Positions 25,857 to 39,789 of a DNA stretch of 64,000 bases are shown piece after piece; positions within the stretch are counted from its first letter, which is position 1; every line of letters starts with the position of its first letter. Below the pieces are notes generated by a model. That model saw only the letters and a program-made list of their open reading frames with translations, searched no databases and was not told where the DNA came from. The position numbers and the translations under genes were made by a program. Source of the DNA: Lingula anatina (taxonomy: Eukaryota > Animalia > Brachiopoda); the NCBI GenBank assembly GCA_051362555.1, contig CM120647.1, forward strand, positions 9,982,001 through 10,046,000. The letters run 5' to 3'.

Positions 25857-27366
25857 TTAATAGTTACCGATATTTCATCTGACAGTTTTTGGTATATTAA
25901 CAGTATATGGTAATTACTATTATGCTTTTTTTTGGGGGGGGGGGGGACATTAAGAGAGCTTCTCACATTTTGTGACCTAATTATTTCTCGGTATATTTTC
26001 ATACAATCGTGGATTGAATTTGATATAATACAATTGTTTCTCTTATAGTCATCAAAAAGGAGTGCTATAGTGTGGATAAATATGAAGACGAACAGGTATT
26101 TCCTTAACGTTGGGTTGAATGCTATTCATTGTGCAGGAGTAGCTAACCCTCTTGTCTCACGTACATGTAGTGCATTCCTACTAAATCTAATATGGCAACC
26201 GAAAGGGTGAAAACTGTATGAGAAAAATGTGCCAGAGCCATAATAAGAGAGTAACAGATTAAAACATCCGTGCAGGAAAAACAAATAAGTATCTGTGCTC
26301 TTGGGCCACACATAAAAAGGGGTAAATGCACATCCACGAACAACTGTATTTTCCAAAAAGTTATCAATCTATTTTCCTTTGAGTTATATTGTGGGTTTCA
26401 TGTCTAAAGTGTTCCTATTTTATCTTTAGTTTTTATAAAGAATCCGTTTACTTAGCCATTTTCTTGCATGACTTTCTGATAAAAATGAAGTGTTTAAGAA
26501 TGATTATTTGAAGGTAAATTTTACTTTTAAATATGGCTAGGGACAGGCATAACGTCCCTGGGAGATAATGTACTGTTAGTACTGACAGCCACGAGTGAAT
26601 AAGAAGCGGGAAATGTTTTACAGACTAACTGAATTTATTGACTTGACGTCGTCGTGATTATGAGCAGAGAATGTAATGTAAAGGAAAGAGAACAATGTAA
26701 GAGGTTGAAGTGAGAGGAAAAAAATGTAGATGGTAGCTCGGGAAGTGACAATAAAGAATATGAAAGAACATGAAAGTTGTTTAGTTTTCGCCTCGCGTAA
26801 TCAGTAAGATAAAGTTAATACCTTCGTCACATATTTACATACACCGGTAGAGACCTGCTGTATATATGCACAGTACATGTACAACATTATCGAATCATGT
26901 AGAAGATATTTTACTTACAAAATATACGTTCTTCAACCGTGGTTCCACCAAACATGTACACAGTAGGTCCGAGCTTCAACGCTGAATAAAGTAACTTCGC
27001 CACACCTGTCCATGCAGGTCATCTTGTTGCAAGGTCCAGAGCTCTGTCAAGTGACCAGCCAGGAGCATCGTTCGCACTGTGACACGTGACTTATTGTTAT
27101 GCAAATTATAATTGGTGCGGCGTAGTGCACATCTTGATCTAGGAGTTGCTGTGGAAATCAGTCTCAAGGAACAGTGAAACTATAGAATATTATTTTACTA
27201 TTGTGACAAGGCTATAACCTATTTGTCACCAAACTACATATTTCTCAAGGACAAAAGCTTATATCAAATAAAAAACTTAAAAATAACAATGAAGATAGAT
27301 ATAATAAGTCAAACATTGATAAAATGAATGATAACGCTCATACATTACATACATTGTGGTCAATCC

Positions 27367-27397
<31 letters not shown>

Positions 27398-28307
27398 AGT
27401 GAAGAATAGTTTCTCTATCAGTATTGAAAAATTCACACTGTACTGATTCTTTTTCTAAATTTTTCATAAGATAAACATTAGTGCTGAATATTGTTTGATT
27501 TATTCTGAATTGGAGCGTCTGCAGTTTCATGTCATCTGTTTCTTGGAAGCGGGATCTAAATATCAGTTGTCAATATCATTACTTAAATGTTTTTTAATAT
27601 TCGCGTACCATTTATCTACACTTAAATATGGTGATATTATATGGCGTTTTTTTTTTTTTTTTTTTTTTTTTTTGTAAAAATATCTGGATAGTTTGATAAC
27701 CTTTTTAATGGAGTCAATTATTTCATGGGATGTGATGTTAAATGTTATACCATAGGTTGAGACAGTTTGATGCCTTTCAGGTTGTATGCACTTTTGGATA
27801 CTCATGCAGTCCTGAAAGTTAGCATTAAGGTTGTTTTTTCGTTGAGTTGCTCTAGAAACAGGAAATTTCCGATGTCAATTATGATATCATTAATGTAAAA
27901 TATGCCATTTTTACACCATCTTTGATGGAAAATATTTTTTTTTTCGTTTATCTTTATTTTTGAGTTTTTTCATAATACGGTTCCCGGGCTATCGATTGGA
28001 AAAGAGAATATATATATATATAAATACATGCATATCCAAACTGGCCCTCTCCGTGACAAGCTAGAAAGTTTGATCAATAGCTTACCAACGTAGCTTCTGT
28101 GGCTCTGTGGCAACACCGATATGTCATACTAGGTAGACACATGTATAGAGGTTCGAGTAATAGCATATTAAAACAGATCTTTTTATTAAAAATTGCCAGT
28201 AACGACGCAATCGGTAGCGTGCATGGATGCTAAAAAAAAAAAAAAAAAAAAAAAAGCGTCATCAACCATGGTAACGAAAAGTCACTGGCTCAAATCCCTG
28301 ATGACGG

Positions 28308-28639
28308 CAGGGCCGTAGCCTCCGGGGGGGGGGGGGGGGGGGGGGCAGGGGGGGGCAGGGGGGGGCAGCTGCCCCCCCCTGGGATTTGAGGTGCAAAAAA
28401 AATAATTGCATAGTTGACTGTACTTATGGCAAAATGAACCCACAATATCTGACTTCTCATTGAGCGATAAATAACAGTTAAAATGCACCAGAATGCAGTA
28501 TTATACATACAGTTTTTTAAAATTTTCCGCACCGTGGGAGGGGGACAACCCCTCCCACACCCTCCCCCCTCGGGGGCTTCGCCCCCTCCTGTCCGCTTAT
28601 TGCCCCCCCCCCTGGCATTTTGCTCAGGCTACGGCCCTG
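28308..28639. mobile_element. GC-rich MITE (hAT-like termini)
   Basis: TIRs cagggccgtagcct / aggctacggccctg; internal poly-G and poly-C tracts; tgacg occurs on both flanks, but no clean 8-bp TSD. Confidence 0.85.
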
Positions 28640-30964
28640 TGACGCAAGTCAGTCCACCTGAATCGGAAAGTCACGAGGACATACATGCTGGTTATTAGCA
28701 TAAAGTCTGCTTCGTCAATAATATTGCCCTTCTCTTCACTTCAAAGTCCTTAAAATGGTGCTGACGGTGGGATGGCCATTGATCTCTATCCTTTACTAGC
28801 CCTAGACTTAGCCCTAGATGTTCCATGTACTCCACTAAATCTTCACACAGGCCTTTTATTTCCAAAAGGGCTGACATCACAAGACAGTATGCTGTAAAAT
28901 ATTATTTATACCAATAATTGTTATCATAATATTAGAATCGTCAAAAGAAGTTGAAGAACGCGTGATGTTCGTGCTAGTGTGTGCGCAAATCGAGTTGTCA
29001 AAATTGAGGCTCAGAAACCAGATGAGCAAACAATGAAATAATATCAGTCGTTCATAACTATCCAACCGAAAACGGCTGATACAACTGATACGACGAATAT
29101 CAGTCTGTAATTACGTTACCGATATATTCGCTCTTTCAAATTACTCTTTCGGTGAATCGAGAGAAGTACGGTATCAAGCACATTCTGGACTTCTTCAACC
29201 GACCAGAAATTAAATGAATTCTTTCTATTGTTAAGTGCGCAAATATTTTTACGAATAATAAAGGAAGAGTGTTGTAACTAACGTGCATTTGTAAGCGACT
29301 TAATTCAAACTCCTCCGCCATGTGTCTTTTTTCTTCTACTAGTATTTATTCAGCCAGCGCACTCTGATTGGCAAACACGATGGGAATCCCTGCGCGTGAT
29401 GTTTTTTTTAAAATTACTTTGGGCAGGTGAGGTTCGTAATGCAGACTCGAATTTGAATTTTTTTGCGAGAGCCGTTTGACTTTTTTTATTGTGGTCCGCC
29501 CGAAGGCCAACTTTGCTTTAGATCACGACCTACATACATAAGAATAGATAAGAATACTGTAAGTTACGGTTAAGTTTCATTTTTGCTGATATCGGTATGA
29601 TCTCCCTAAATCTTCTTACCACTCCCATCTTCAATCCTCAAAAACGCTAAAAATCCCGCAATTATACAAACGCGGTGTTGATATTTCCGTCTAAAATGTC
29701 AAGGAGACGAGCCCAGGATGATGGTCTAATTGAATCGTGATTCGTTTAGAATTCAGTCGTTTAACAAGAAAAAGGGTATAAAACATCCACTTCAAGAACA
29801 GTGGCACGTCGAGCAAGGATTACTGGGGAGCAGGAAATAGCAATTTTCTTGAACAAAATGAGATTTGGTGAGGAAAATACCGATTGTATAGACTGCACTT
29901 AATACTGGTGCCACTGCATCTTCAAAATAATTCGAACATTGCAACTTGATTATAATAGGGAAATAAGCGCGTTAATTTTTTTGCCCTATGGAGGAAGGCT
30001 TTCTTTAGTCGCATATTGTGTTCTTTACTTTTGTACAGCTATTATATCAAAGGACGTGTGCACTGAAGGCTAGCTGCTTTACACTGACTGAGTATTTCTA
30101 GAAGAAAACTTCTACTCTAGAATAAAATCCCATACAAAACACCCTAGTGATTAATCAAAGCAGGAAAAAAGTACAGAGCAATTGGTGCCCAGCGTCAAAC
30201 AAGAAACAACCCTAATAAGTTTTTTTTTTTTTTTTTTTTTTTGTGCCATTCTGGCACAGATTAACAATGTTGTAGAACACTACTTGGGTTATTTTACGCA
30301 ATGCAAAACCGATCGCTTGCATGGAAAATTTCAAATTCTTCTTTGCAGTAATTGCTGTCATATGGATACTCTTTGGACAGGCCAATCGGCAATCCTCGAC
30401 ATCCGAGTAGTTCCGAGTGTGGACAGGCCCTACCCTAGGTTCTAGATTTCAATTTTGCCAGCTCGATCTTGATTTCATATATAACCCGTATCAGCAAAAC
30501 AGTAAAGCGATCCCATGACAAGGTACGAATAGTTAACAAGCTAGCTTTACTGTGCCCTGACACTCAGGGTAGACAGAACCATGCTTCGCCAAAGCTTTGA
30601 GCCCACAGGAGCACTACCTATATCTATTCTCTATAGAACTGCCTCGTTGTAATGACTGTTTTAACTTTTATTGTTTTTTATTTTTTATCTTATGGGTGAG
30701 ACTTTAATGAAATAAACTGAACTGAACTGAACCCAAATAAACACTGCATAATACGCAATGCAGCAGTGCTACAGCCAAGGTAGTCAGTTTATTGGTTGGG
30801 ACACTTGACTGCAGACCTCTCCATTCACTCATATTACCCTTTTTGAGATCTAACTTTTTTAAAGAACGCATTTTTACTATTCTATAAATATACTTTTAAT
30901 ATTCCATATTTAATGTTAATGTCAAATTAGTATGTGACTCCCAGGACGGTACAGGGGTATATAC

Positions 30965-30965
<1 letters not shown>

Positions 30966-31010
<45 letters not shown>
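30966..31010. repeat. (GATA)n microsatellite
   Basis: Direct reading. Confidence 0.95.
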
Positions 31011-31013
<3 letters not shown>

Positions 31014-31556
31014 TTGTTCCAACCGGAGCAGAAGGTACAAAGTATTTTTGAAAACCCAGAATACACTGAATACATATGCAATCAGCGTAACAACAACACA
31101 TTCATAATCATGCTCGAGTTGGTCGACTCAATGTAGTCTTAATACATGCTAATAAAACGGTAACGTAATGTTAGCATTAGGGCAATAAACAGTTTACAGC
31201 AAATATCAAACGACACACGTTATGCGCAGGTCCGCCTTTCCAGCGATTTTCTACCGAGCTAAAATCTAACATAGATATTTCTTGTGTATAGAGCTTGTCA
31301 TAGGACCGAAATACAGAACATGTTCCACTGTTTGGATTTCACCGGAACCACAGATACATTTCCATGCCTCTAATGGGACGCGGGACCAGCGGGCCTTCTC
31401 CACTGTCAGATCGTGTGATGACAACCTGCACCGAGTTGCAATAATTCTCTCAAACTCGTACTAGTATTTCATATATATATATATACTAGTATTTCACTAG
31501 TATTTCATATATATGTCCAAGCTGTGCGTGAGGCATTCAGAAAACCAGAAAACAAC

Positions 31557-31617
31557 CACACACACACACACACACACATACACACACACATACACACACA
31601 CACACACATACACACAC

Positions 31618-31660
<43 letters not shown>
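31557..31660. repeat. (CA)n microsatellite
   Basis: Direct reading. Confidence 0.95.
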
Positions 31661-31664
<4 letters not shown>

Positions 31665-32551
31665 AAATTTCGCCTAGTAGGTGAATAAAATCCCTTAAAA
31701 CTGGAATCACCCGCAAAAATAACGGAGCAATTTACTTGCTTGTCGTGCTCAGGGTATTTTAGAACATGATTGGGATGATTGAGGAGATTTCCTTGCGAAA
31801 TGTCAGGACGATGTATGGCGTGTGGTGATGTAAATGGATTGTCATTCGTTAATTACTTAGTTATCTAATTAGAAATTGTGCAAAATATCGACCCCAGCGC
31901 CAGGGTCGCGGCTAGTGATGATTCCTTAGTATGAGATGAAAATTACATTTGGCGCAGAAATCTCGTATAAAATATATTAAAAATGACAGTTCAGTTTAAA
32001 AAAAAAACTCAGATGAAAGTTTAAAATTTACTGAGTCTATCCCTTTTGTTGAGAACGCATAACAAAATTTCATCATTTATACTCTTATATATATATGTAT
32101 AATATTTGTATAAAATTATTATTTTAACGTCAGTGAGTCCAATCTGTCGAGCAATTCTCTAAGACCTTTGAGCAACCATCCAAAACGTAACGACATTTCG
32201 AGCTTCATCATTAATTTGGCACGGTTGATCCATTTTTCGTGTCCTAACTTCGCGCCTGTTTAACAGTTAGCTAACGCACTCTGGCAAATACAACACCAAA
32301 GCTCTAAAAATTGGGAGAGTAAAGGGATTGGACATGAAAAAATCTAATTATTGATTAATAGAAAAGAAACGATGTCGGTTGTAAAGCTCAGTTCAAGCCG
32401 CTAGCATCAGACAGATTTTTGTAGTCTTAAATCTCGTAAGTAGTCTCTTGTTCGACTTTGAGTCTGACTCAAGAACGCTTCTTCCAAACACTTTATTGAA
32501 ACAAAAGGATTTTATATCAGTGTCATCATAGCCCCGTAGCCAGGGGGGTCG

Positions 32552-32784
32552 CAGGGGCGGATCCAGGATTATTTGAAGGGGGGTGCGGGGATGCGAAGCT
32601 GATCCTCCCCCCCCCCACCCCCCGCTAAAAGGTCCCGAAAAATTTGATATTTTAGAACGGAGAACCGTGCCATTTGGTACGGTTTAAAACTATGAATCAG
32701 CTAGTCAAAATTCTAAGTTCGAGAGGGGACCACAAGTCGAAGAGGGAGTCAGGATCCCCCTCACCCCCTCTAAATCCGCCATTG
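32552..32784. mobile_element. MITE family C nested inside a family A MITE
   Basis: caggggcggatccagga ... taaatccgccattg termini; reverse copy at 54273-54532 sharing gtgccatttggtacggttta.aactatg; family A halves flank it (32530-32551 and 32785-32935). Confidence 0.8.
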
Positions 32785-33542
32785 GGTCGGGACGGGGATC
32801 GAACGAACAGCCTTTTTTGCCTGAAAAAGGTCCGCTCTGGGTAAACGTTGGCCTAGGTACACGAAGCTTTCATGATATAAGGTCCACTTTTTCCAAAAAA
32901 AGACCCCTTCATTGAAATTGCTGACTACGTGGCTGTATCCAACCATTTATTTCCTATCATTGAAACATTTATCCAAAAACATTTTGTATTCAGTTCCAGA
33001 ACTCAGAATCCAACATGTTCAAGCCATCTTCAACCAAGCAACATTGAAGTAATTGCTCTGATTTCTAGACGCAAAGTACGTCTTTATACATGTATTCACT
33101 GGTATTGATAGCTTCACACGAGTAACTCTGATTGAAAAAGCTTTTTGTGATTGTTCATTAACTGTTGAAAAAGATGCAATTTAACCTCATGTTGTGTCCC
33201 CTATATCATTACTGGATGTGATAAACAAATTACTTGTTCACGTAACACAAAAAATCCAAATGGTACTGAAAATTATTTTTATCATTTCGTCGTGTTAATA
33301 CAGTGGATATTGATTCCAAACCCTCTTCGCTGTAATTGTGTTTTTTATTGTCCGTTACGGTGTGGAGACATAAACAACAAATAGTAATACATAAATTAAA
33401 ATCACACCAACGTACAAAGAGCTTATAACAAAATGCTGCTGATAAATAATTTATACATGTACATACTCCAAATGCGCTTTGTGCACAATAAAGCTACAAC
33501 AACTTCCAAAGGATCTTCACATAGCTCATTTTCGTTATTTAA

Positions 33543-33744
33543 GAGAGCATTCACATCGAGAAGAGCTGAGGTCTAGCAAGGCCGAGACCTAAATATGGCG
33601 GACCTACATGAAAGTAAACTGCGGTCTCTCGATGGCATTCATTGAGAGACTATTAAAGGATTACGCGGTTTCCTTTCATGTAGGTCCGACATATTTAGGT
33701 CTCGACCTTGCTAGACCTCGGCTCTTCTCGATGTGAATGCTCTC
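33543..33744. mobile_element. PIF/Harbinger (Tourist-like) MITE, near-perfect hairpin
   Basis: ~80-bp TIRs gagagcattcacatcgagaagagc... / ...gctcttctcgatgtgaatgctctc, flanked by a TAA target-site duplication (33540-33542 and 33745-33747). Confidence 0.93.
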
Positions 33745-35444
33745 TAAGTTGACTTCAAACTGCTTGTGATAGGAATATCAGTCCGCTAGGAACCGTAGTC
33801 CGTTCGCCATTACTTTGTACAGGTGACATTCGGCCCATATACAAACCCCAATACTCCGACTAACCGTAAACTATACTAATCATATGGGGCTACCATTCCT
33901 AGGACTACCAGCTTCTCATTTCCAACGCTTCAGCCATGTAGCTTTAATTCGGATACTTAGAATTCACTTAGAATTCACAAGAGAAAAAGCATCGTTGTTC
34001 TCTTTGGTAACATTTTGTTGATTTATTTATCTAATTGTTTTCAAAACTGCAAACATTCATGCTGCAGAAGGATAAGCTTTTTTGTCAGTGGCGCATTTTG
34101 AGAAGGGAATTAATGGCCTGGATATCATTCAAGTTCAGTCAACGGTTTCACGCCTGTTGCGCCCAGGGTTATAAAATTGCGAAAAGCCTCATTCCCATTG
34201 GAATTATCGGTCTACGTAGGTCGATCCAACTCCATGGGGCGTCTCGCCGAATGCAATCAGTTTAACAGACTAGCTTTGGGCAGAATTAAAAAAGCTGCTG
34301 ATTATACGAGTGCTTTGGAAAGAAGAGGGGGCGTGTTAATTTGTTAAACTGATTGAGTTCAGCGAGGGACTTGGAACGAGACCGATAATTCCAATGCCAA
34401 TGAGCCCAAACATTCCCCTGGGTAGATTTGTAACACTTCGCTTATTATGCTATAAAGGCCCGGCAAACTTGATAATGATAATGTAGAGGGTCCCATTACA
34501 AGAGATTTGCTGTCTATGCCTAAACAAAAGTTTAGTCCTATAGTAGACTATAGGAAATCGACCCATATTTGAGGAGATTTTTTTTGCATTGGACAGCAGG
34601 TGTTATTGATGTAGATTGTTGCAATTAGTTGCACTGCAACGTTTCTAGTTCGCACATTGATCGTTGTGCAGCAAGAACTAAAAACTGAAGAGGTTCGGTT
34701 AGTACGTTTATTAAACATTCATGGCGCGAAAATCAAGTTTCACTTTGGCGAGCACAGCAAGTTTTAGTACTATATAAAAGTAGTAGAGAAAACCAATCTT
34801 ATCGGCAAACATACGTGTAGGTACAAGTTTGATGTATAAATTTCAGCCGCTTTGAGGTCAATATTTGTAAAAAGCAATTAGTTAAAAATGTGCCATTCAT
34901 AAGAGAAAGAGAAATCAGCTTTTCACTGTTACAGTGTACAACATTTTATCAAATGTATTTCCAACAAGTACAACACTTATTAAAATGTTTTTCTAAGTAT
35001 TACATAACTTTGAATAAAACTGTAATTATCGTCCAATAAAAACGTGATTGTAAGAAACATAAAATTGCCATTTTATCAAAATTAATTTAATTTTCCATTG
35101 TAGCCACAATGAACGTCAATCACAGATAAATCACCTAACAAATAAATGTTCATATATTGTCACAATATTCACACATTTTACGCTTGACAAGTCTAAAAAA
35201 AAGTCACTGATTGTACTCAGCACAAAATTCATTCACGACAACAAATATTGTCAAAGAATTAAAAAAAAAACGAATCGGACACAATACAAATAACGCAGAA
35301 AGTTAAATTTTATACGACATCGGGCCTGCGTCGCCTACATACATTCGAGGCGAGGCGTGTTTCCACTGAGAAAAGATCAATCTTTCTATGCGACCGTCCG
35401 ATTTAAAGAAGCACGCCATAGCGTGATTCGTTTTACTGAAAATT

Positions 35445-35770
35445 TTGATCGATCGTTTTGTTAAAAAGCAAATAGAATCCATCGTTTTGCTGAATGGCAA
35501 ATATAACCCATCGTTTTTGCTGAATAGCAAATATATTCCATCGTGTCTTTTTGCGAAAATATTCCATTGTTTAGACTGAGTAGAAAATCTAATCCATCGT
35601 TTTTTCTAAACAGCTGATAGGCCTATAATCTATCGTTTCTGCAAAATAACAAATGTAAATCTATTGTTTTTGCTTAATAGCAAATATAATGCATCGTTTG
35701 GCGAAATAGCAAAAATTTTGTGCTGAATAGTGAATCTAAACAATCGTTTTGCTAAATATCAAATCTAATC
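35445..35770. repeat. Degenerate ~28-35-bp tandem repeat (atccatcgttttgctgaatagcaaatata)
   Basis: About 10 diverged units immediately 3' of the GPCR stop codon. Confidence 0.75.
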
Positions 35771-35915
35771 CCTCTGCACTCTTAAGTTCGCAGCGTGTTG
35801 CGTTAAGAAAACAATGGCGACAGTTGTTTCCACGAGATACGATACGATAAATTACACGATGTACAGAATAATTTTGGGATCTGTGGCTCCAGAAAGCACA
35901 GAAAGCAAGGATTGT

Positions 35916-37046
35916 TTAAAGTTCCGACTCGTCCAAAATGGCGAGAGGAGCACGTTGAGGCAACAGAAGGTCCATACAAGATGGAGGAGCGCCACTTCTG
36001 CACATGCCTTTCTTCTGGAGGTCGTTGGCATTGGGCTGGTTCGCAGGAGGAAAAAGAAACGCTTGTTGATTGCCGACAGGACTGTCGAGGGCCGGGAGGG
36101 GCGACATGGCCGTAGCATGCGGTTCTCTCACTGGCCTAAGGCAACAGGTAAGACGCCTGAACGTTTCCCAGCACTCCCGGCGAAACTCCCAGCTGGTGAG
36201 AACATAGAGAAGGAAATTCACGCAGTGGTTCGTTTTGCTCAGTAGGAAAAGCCACGCTCGGATGTAAAAGGGGATCTGTGCGGAGAACTCGTCGGCCAAG
36301 TCTACGCATAGGAGGGGTCCTATCAGGAGTATGAAAGCGAAAGCGTTGGCAAGCAACAGCACGTGGGTTTTGGCGTAATTTTGATCATTGTAAGCGCCCC
36401 TGTTTCCAACCAGGGATATCCGCCTTCGAGCGACTTGGCGCAGACGAACGATAATAGCCAAGCACAGAACCAGTAAGGCTAACCAGGTGGCGCTAGTATT
36501 GACGATATACGAGTAATAGTACACGTGTCCCATTGTGACGTCAGGGTAGCATGGCCGACCTTCCGGTTCCGGTCTAGGTTTTGTGTACCACCAAAGATAC
36601 GAGTTAGCGGACATAATGACGACGCAGATGACGACACACGTGACTGTCGTTTTCCCGCCTGTCAGACACCTGCGACCCCAAAACGGGAAATACACTACAA
36701 TAAATCTTTCCAAGGCGACCATGATGATGAAAATATACGATAAACAAGCACTGGTGTTATTCCCCCATGCCATTCCATTGTGGATGATACACTCCAGATT
36801 GCGATTTTGTGAAATGAGATCATCTAGACCACAATACATTGCGAAGAGCAGCATAACCGCGAAATCCGCCGCGGCCAGGAAGGTCAAGATAATAAAAGTC
36901 GAGCGCCTTCTCAAACGGGAACTTGCCGCAATGACAACCATTGTGAGGCCATTTCCGAGAGCTGAAAGGGCACATATACCATATATAACCCGACACCAAC
37001 ATTCCTCGAGCATTCTCCAGCAGCCGTACTCTGTTCCGTTCGTCAT
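35916..37046 (-). CDS. Class A (rhodopsin-like) GPCR, FMRFamide/peptide-receptor-like orphan, intronless CDS (~376 aa)
   Basis: Seven hydrophobic segments; TM1 GN, TM2 LAAAD, TM3 Cys and ALERF, ECL2 Cys, TM6 Pro, TM7 NHCVNFLLY, helix 8 FRRE, C-terminal CC; N-glycosylation sequon NGT. First ATG is at 37046, preceded by a tttcttcgcttcag acceptor (~37078), implying a 5' UTR intron. Confidence 0.93.
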   Translation of the reverse strand: MTNGTEYGCWRMLEECWCRVIYGICALSALGNGLTMVVIAASSRLRRRSTFIILTFLAAADFAVMLLFAMYCGLDDLISQNRNLECIIHNGMAWGNNTSACLSYIFIIMVALERFIVVYFPFWGRRCLTGGKTTVTCVVICVVIMSANSYLWWYTKPRPEPEGRPCYPDVTMGHVYYYSYIVNTSATWLALLVLCLAIIVRLRQVARRRISLVGNRGAYNDQNYAKTHVLLLANAFAFILLIGPLLCVDLADEFSAQIPFYIRAWLFLLSKTNHCVNFLLYVLTSWEFRRECWETFRRLTCCLRPVREPHATAMSPLPALDSPVGNQQAFLFPPANQPNANDLQKKGMCRSGAPPSCMDLLLPQRAPLAILDESEL

Positions 37047-39789
37047 TTTTTCCACCCGGGATTCGTTTTCAGTTTTACTGAAGCGAAGAAAGATATGTAG
37101 AAAATTTTGTGACGCCCCTCAGAAGTCAATAAGATGCAATTTTCGTTAGCACCACGTACAATGTATGTTAAAATAATGGTTCAACTCGGTAGTGGCGAAA
37201 TGTTTTGTTCGATTACGTATTATAGAATCTCCTGAAGCGGGTTTTAAATATTTGAGTATTTTTCCAATATGAATGGAAAGTCTCCCTGCCTAAATGACAT
37301 GTATTTCAGCCGTATTAGTATGTGAAATCAAGTGCTTGGGTGTGCTGCATAAAGCATCAATATTAACTACAATCTGAATAATCCGAAATGATATAATGAT
37401 TTCATTCATCCACCTTGATTGATATTCGGCGTCAATTTTCAACAGTACATTTGAGGCAAATTAACCCAAATAAACAGTGAAACTGTTACAATAGGTCGTT
37501 TCTTACAGTGTGTAAACTAAAACTTTACTTTAACAGACACTTTTTAACAGACACTACGAACACATCTGGTGAATGCTTAAGATCTTGTAGATTTTTTATA
37601 TAAATCGATAACAACTTTGCTTCTGCACTATCTTGTCCTGCACCAAGGACGCTGAACGTTTTTTCAAGATTCATTAATTAAAGATGTTGGTTTTCGTCTG
37701 TGTCATCTGTGGCCATCAAATTTTGTCTTCCTATAATAATATTGGTATTCTTCGTAAAACTCGTTAACGGAGTATTAGTCAATTATGACAGATCTTGTAA
37801 TATAATTCAACTGAATATTCCGTTTTGCCTTCCTTGTTCGGTCGTCATTGCAGCGTAGAATGTTGTCGCAGGGTTTAAAAACTACTTGTTGGTCAGATTT
37901 GATCAGGTACGACGTCTCCGTGCAGCCCTGGGGACCCACTTTAAGTGTCCAAACCAATTGGATGTTTCAGTTCCGAAATTGCCTTTGAAAAGACCAATTT
38001 TAACATCCCATTCTCTGTTGTTTTTATTTGTTTTGTTTTTTTTTTTTTGGCTGTCTGAAACTCTCTTTGTCTACGTCTGCTCTGTATACCATCAATTGGC
38101 TCTTTTCCAGTGTCTTAAACCAACAATTTTTCGCTCCCGTCTTATTACTTTCTGTCTCGTGCTTTCATTTCCTCTAACTGGATCGCATCAAAGGAACATC
38201 TTTCTTGCGGAAACCTGTAGACTCCAATCTACCATGGTGCAAAATGTCAAAGTACTGTACACAATTTCAACACACCAAGTTGTGTAAGGGCGATTTTTCA
38301 ATTACCTAACAGGCCTGCAGTCATGAGTTTGCTGTAATTTCCGTAGACTTGTGCCACTTGTACCGAGGTGTCGTTATGCACGAGTAAGTCATTAATTTTA
38401 CAAAATGGCAAGGCTTAAATGAATGTTAATGACAGTTTGAACTGTCTTGTGTCGTCATGGCTATAAACGGCTTCTCAAAGTGCGTTCGCCTTTTGTCGTT
38501 GATTTCCGTGAGTAGCTCTTCTTTTGTCGTTGTCGTGAGCAGCCCAGTTCGCCGACACCGCGGCATACAAATTCGTGTCACCTTAAGAGTTGACACCTCC
38601 TGAAGGTTACTCATAAAGTCCGTCCAAATACGTGTTATCACGGGTATTTACCAATCCGTAATAAATAAAATACACCAAAAAACGTACAATGCGTTCATGA
38701 CTCTTCTGATCTCTGGGATCAACACGAGAGAATAATGCTACATAAAAACCGTTCTGTTTCACGGTCCGTCAATTTCGGCACCAATATACATGGACCCTGG
38801 ATGTGAAGAGCACAAACCGATTTATTTTGTAACAATTAGAGTAATTCTGACAAAACATTTCCGTGGTCGAGTGACTGACTGATATCTGTTTTCACAATGC
38901 CTTTCATAGGAATCGATACGTTAGTGTTTACAATTCCCCATGGTTTCTGGTTGCAAGGAGACCACCCTCCAAAGAATCATCTAATCTGTGTTGTGCTGTA
39001 AAAACATGAAGATGTTACACCCACACAACCAATACTGGCAAGCGACGTGTTACTCGTGGCTCTCATGGCGTCTCAGCCTGTCTGATTACTGGACAAATGT
39101 TTCTTCAGGACAAGATTTCCCGGCGGAGGACTTCGTGCTTTTATTCATAGCACTTCTATGTAAAAAAAGGTCGTTCATCGTTTCAAACGTAATCCTTTCA
39201 ATGTGCTATCATTACTGCTAATGCCGCAGTCTGTAATAGTCTCTTTTACGAGTGACGTCACAGCGTCTGAAGTTAATGCGGTCTTGTTTGGACGAAAAAG
39301 TGGCTGATTTAAAGCAATAATAACTCTTCCTTTGAGATTCAAAATTCCGCATGAGATACATTTTAAACAACGCATGGAAATATATTCTATCGTATTTTAC
39401 CACTAAAACGGCCGTTATTGGAGTAAAACTAAAATCTGTGCTTGTCAATGGGGCTTTCGATGCCATTTTTCCCAGTCATCAAGGCATTCGTTGCTAATGA
39501 CGTAATGGTGTCACGCGGATTCTCGCGTTCATTCGAGACCAAAATAACATGGCGCCAAACACATTAATGCGGACGCAGACGTAAGTTGCGAGTTTTTGTA
39601 CAGTGCGTCGGATAACGAAAAGCCCAGAATGGCACACATTGTGGATATAAATGCATTTTTAACAAAAAGACGAATATATCTCATGAATCTTATATAGTGT
39701 TGTTGTTGTCTGCTTTTCCCGCGGTTTTAAGTAGGTCACCAGTGACTTTGCAATGTCAGAGAGAGCTCCGTCAGTTAAAATCTCTTAAG

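Noticed and set aside
35814-37149. Plus-strand ORFs (143 aa and 188 aa) over the GPCR, and similar ones over otopetrin at 43449-44589
   Set aside because: Antisense shadows of GC-richer coding sequence.
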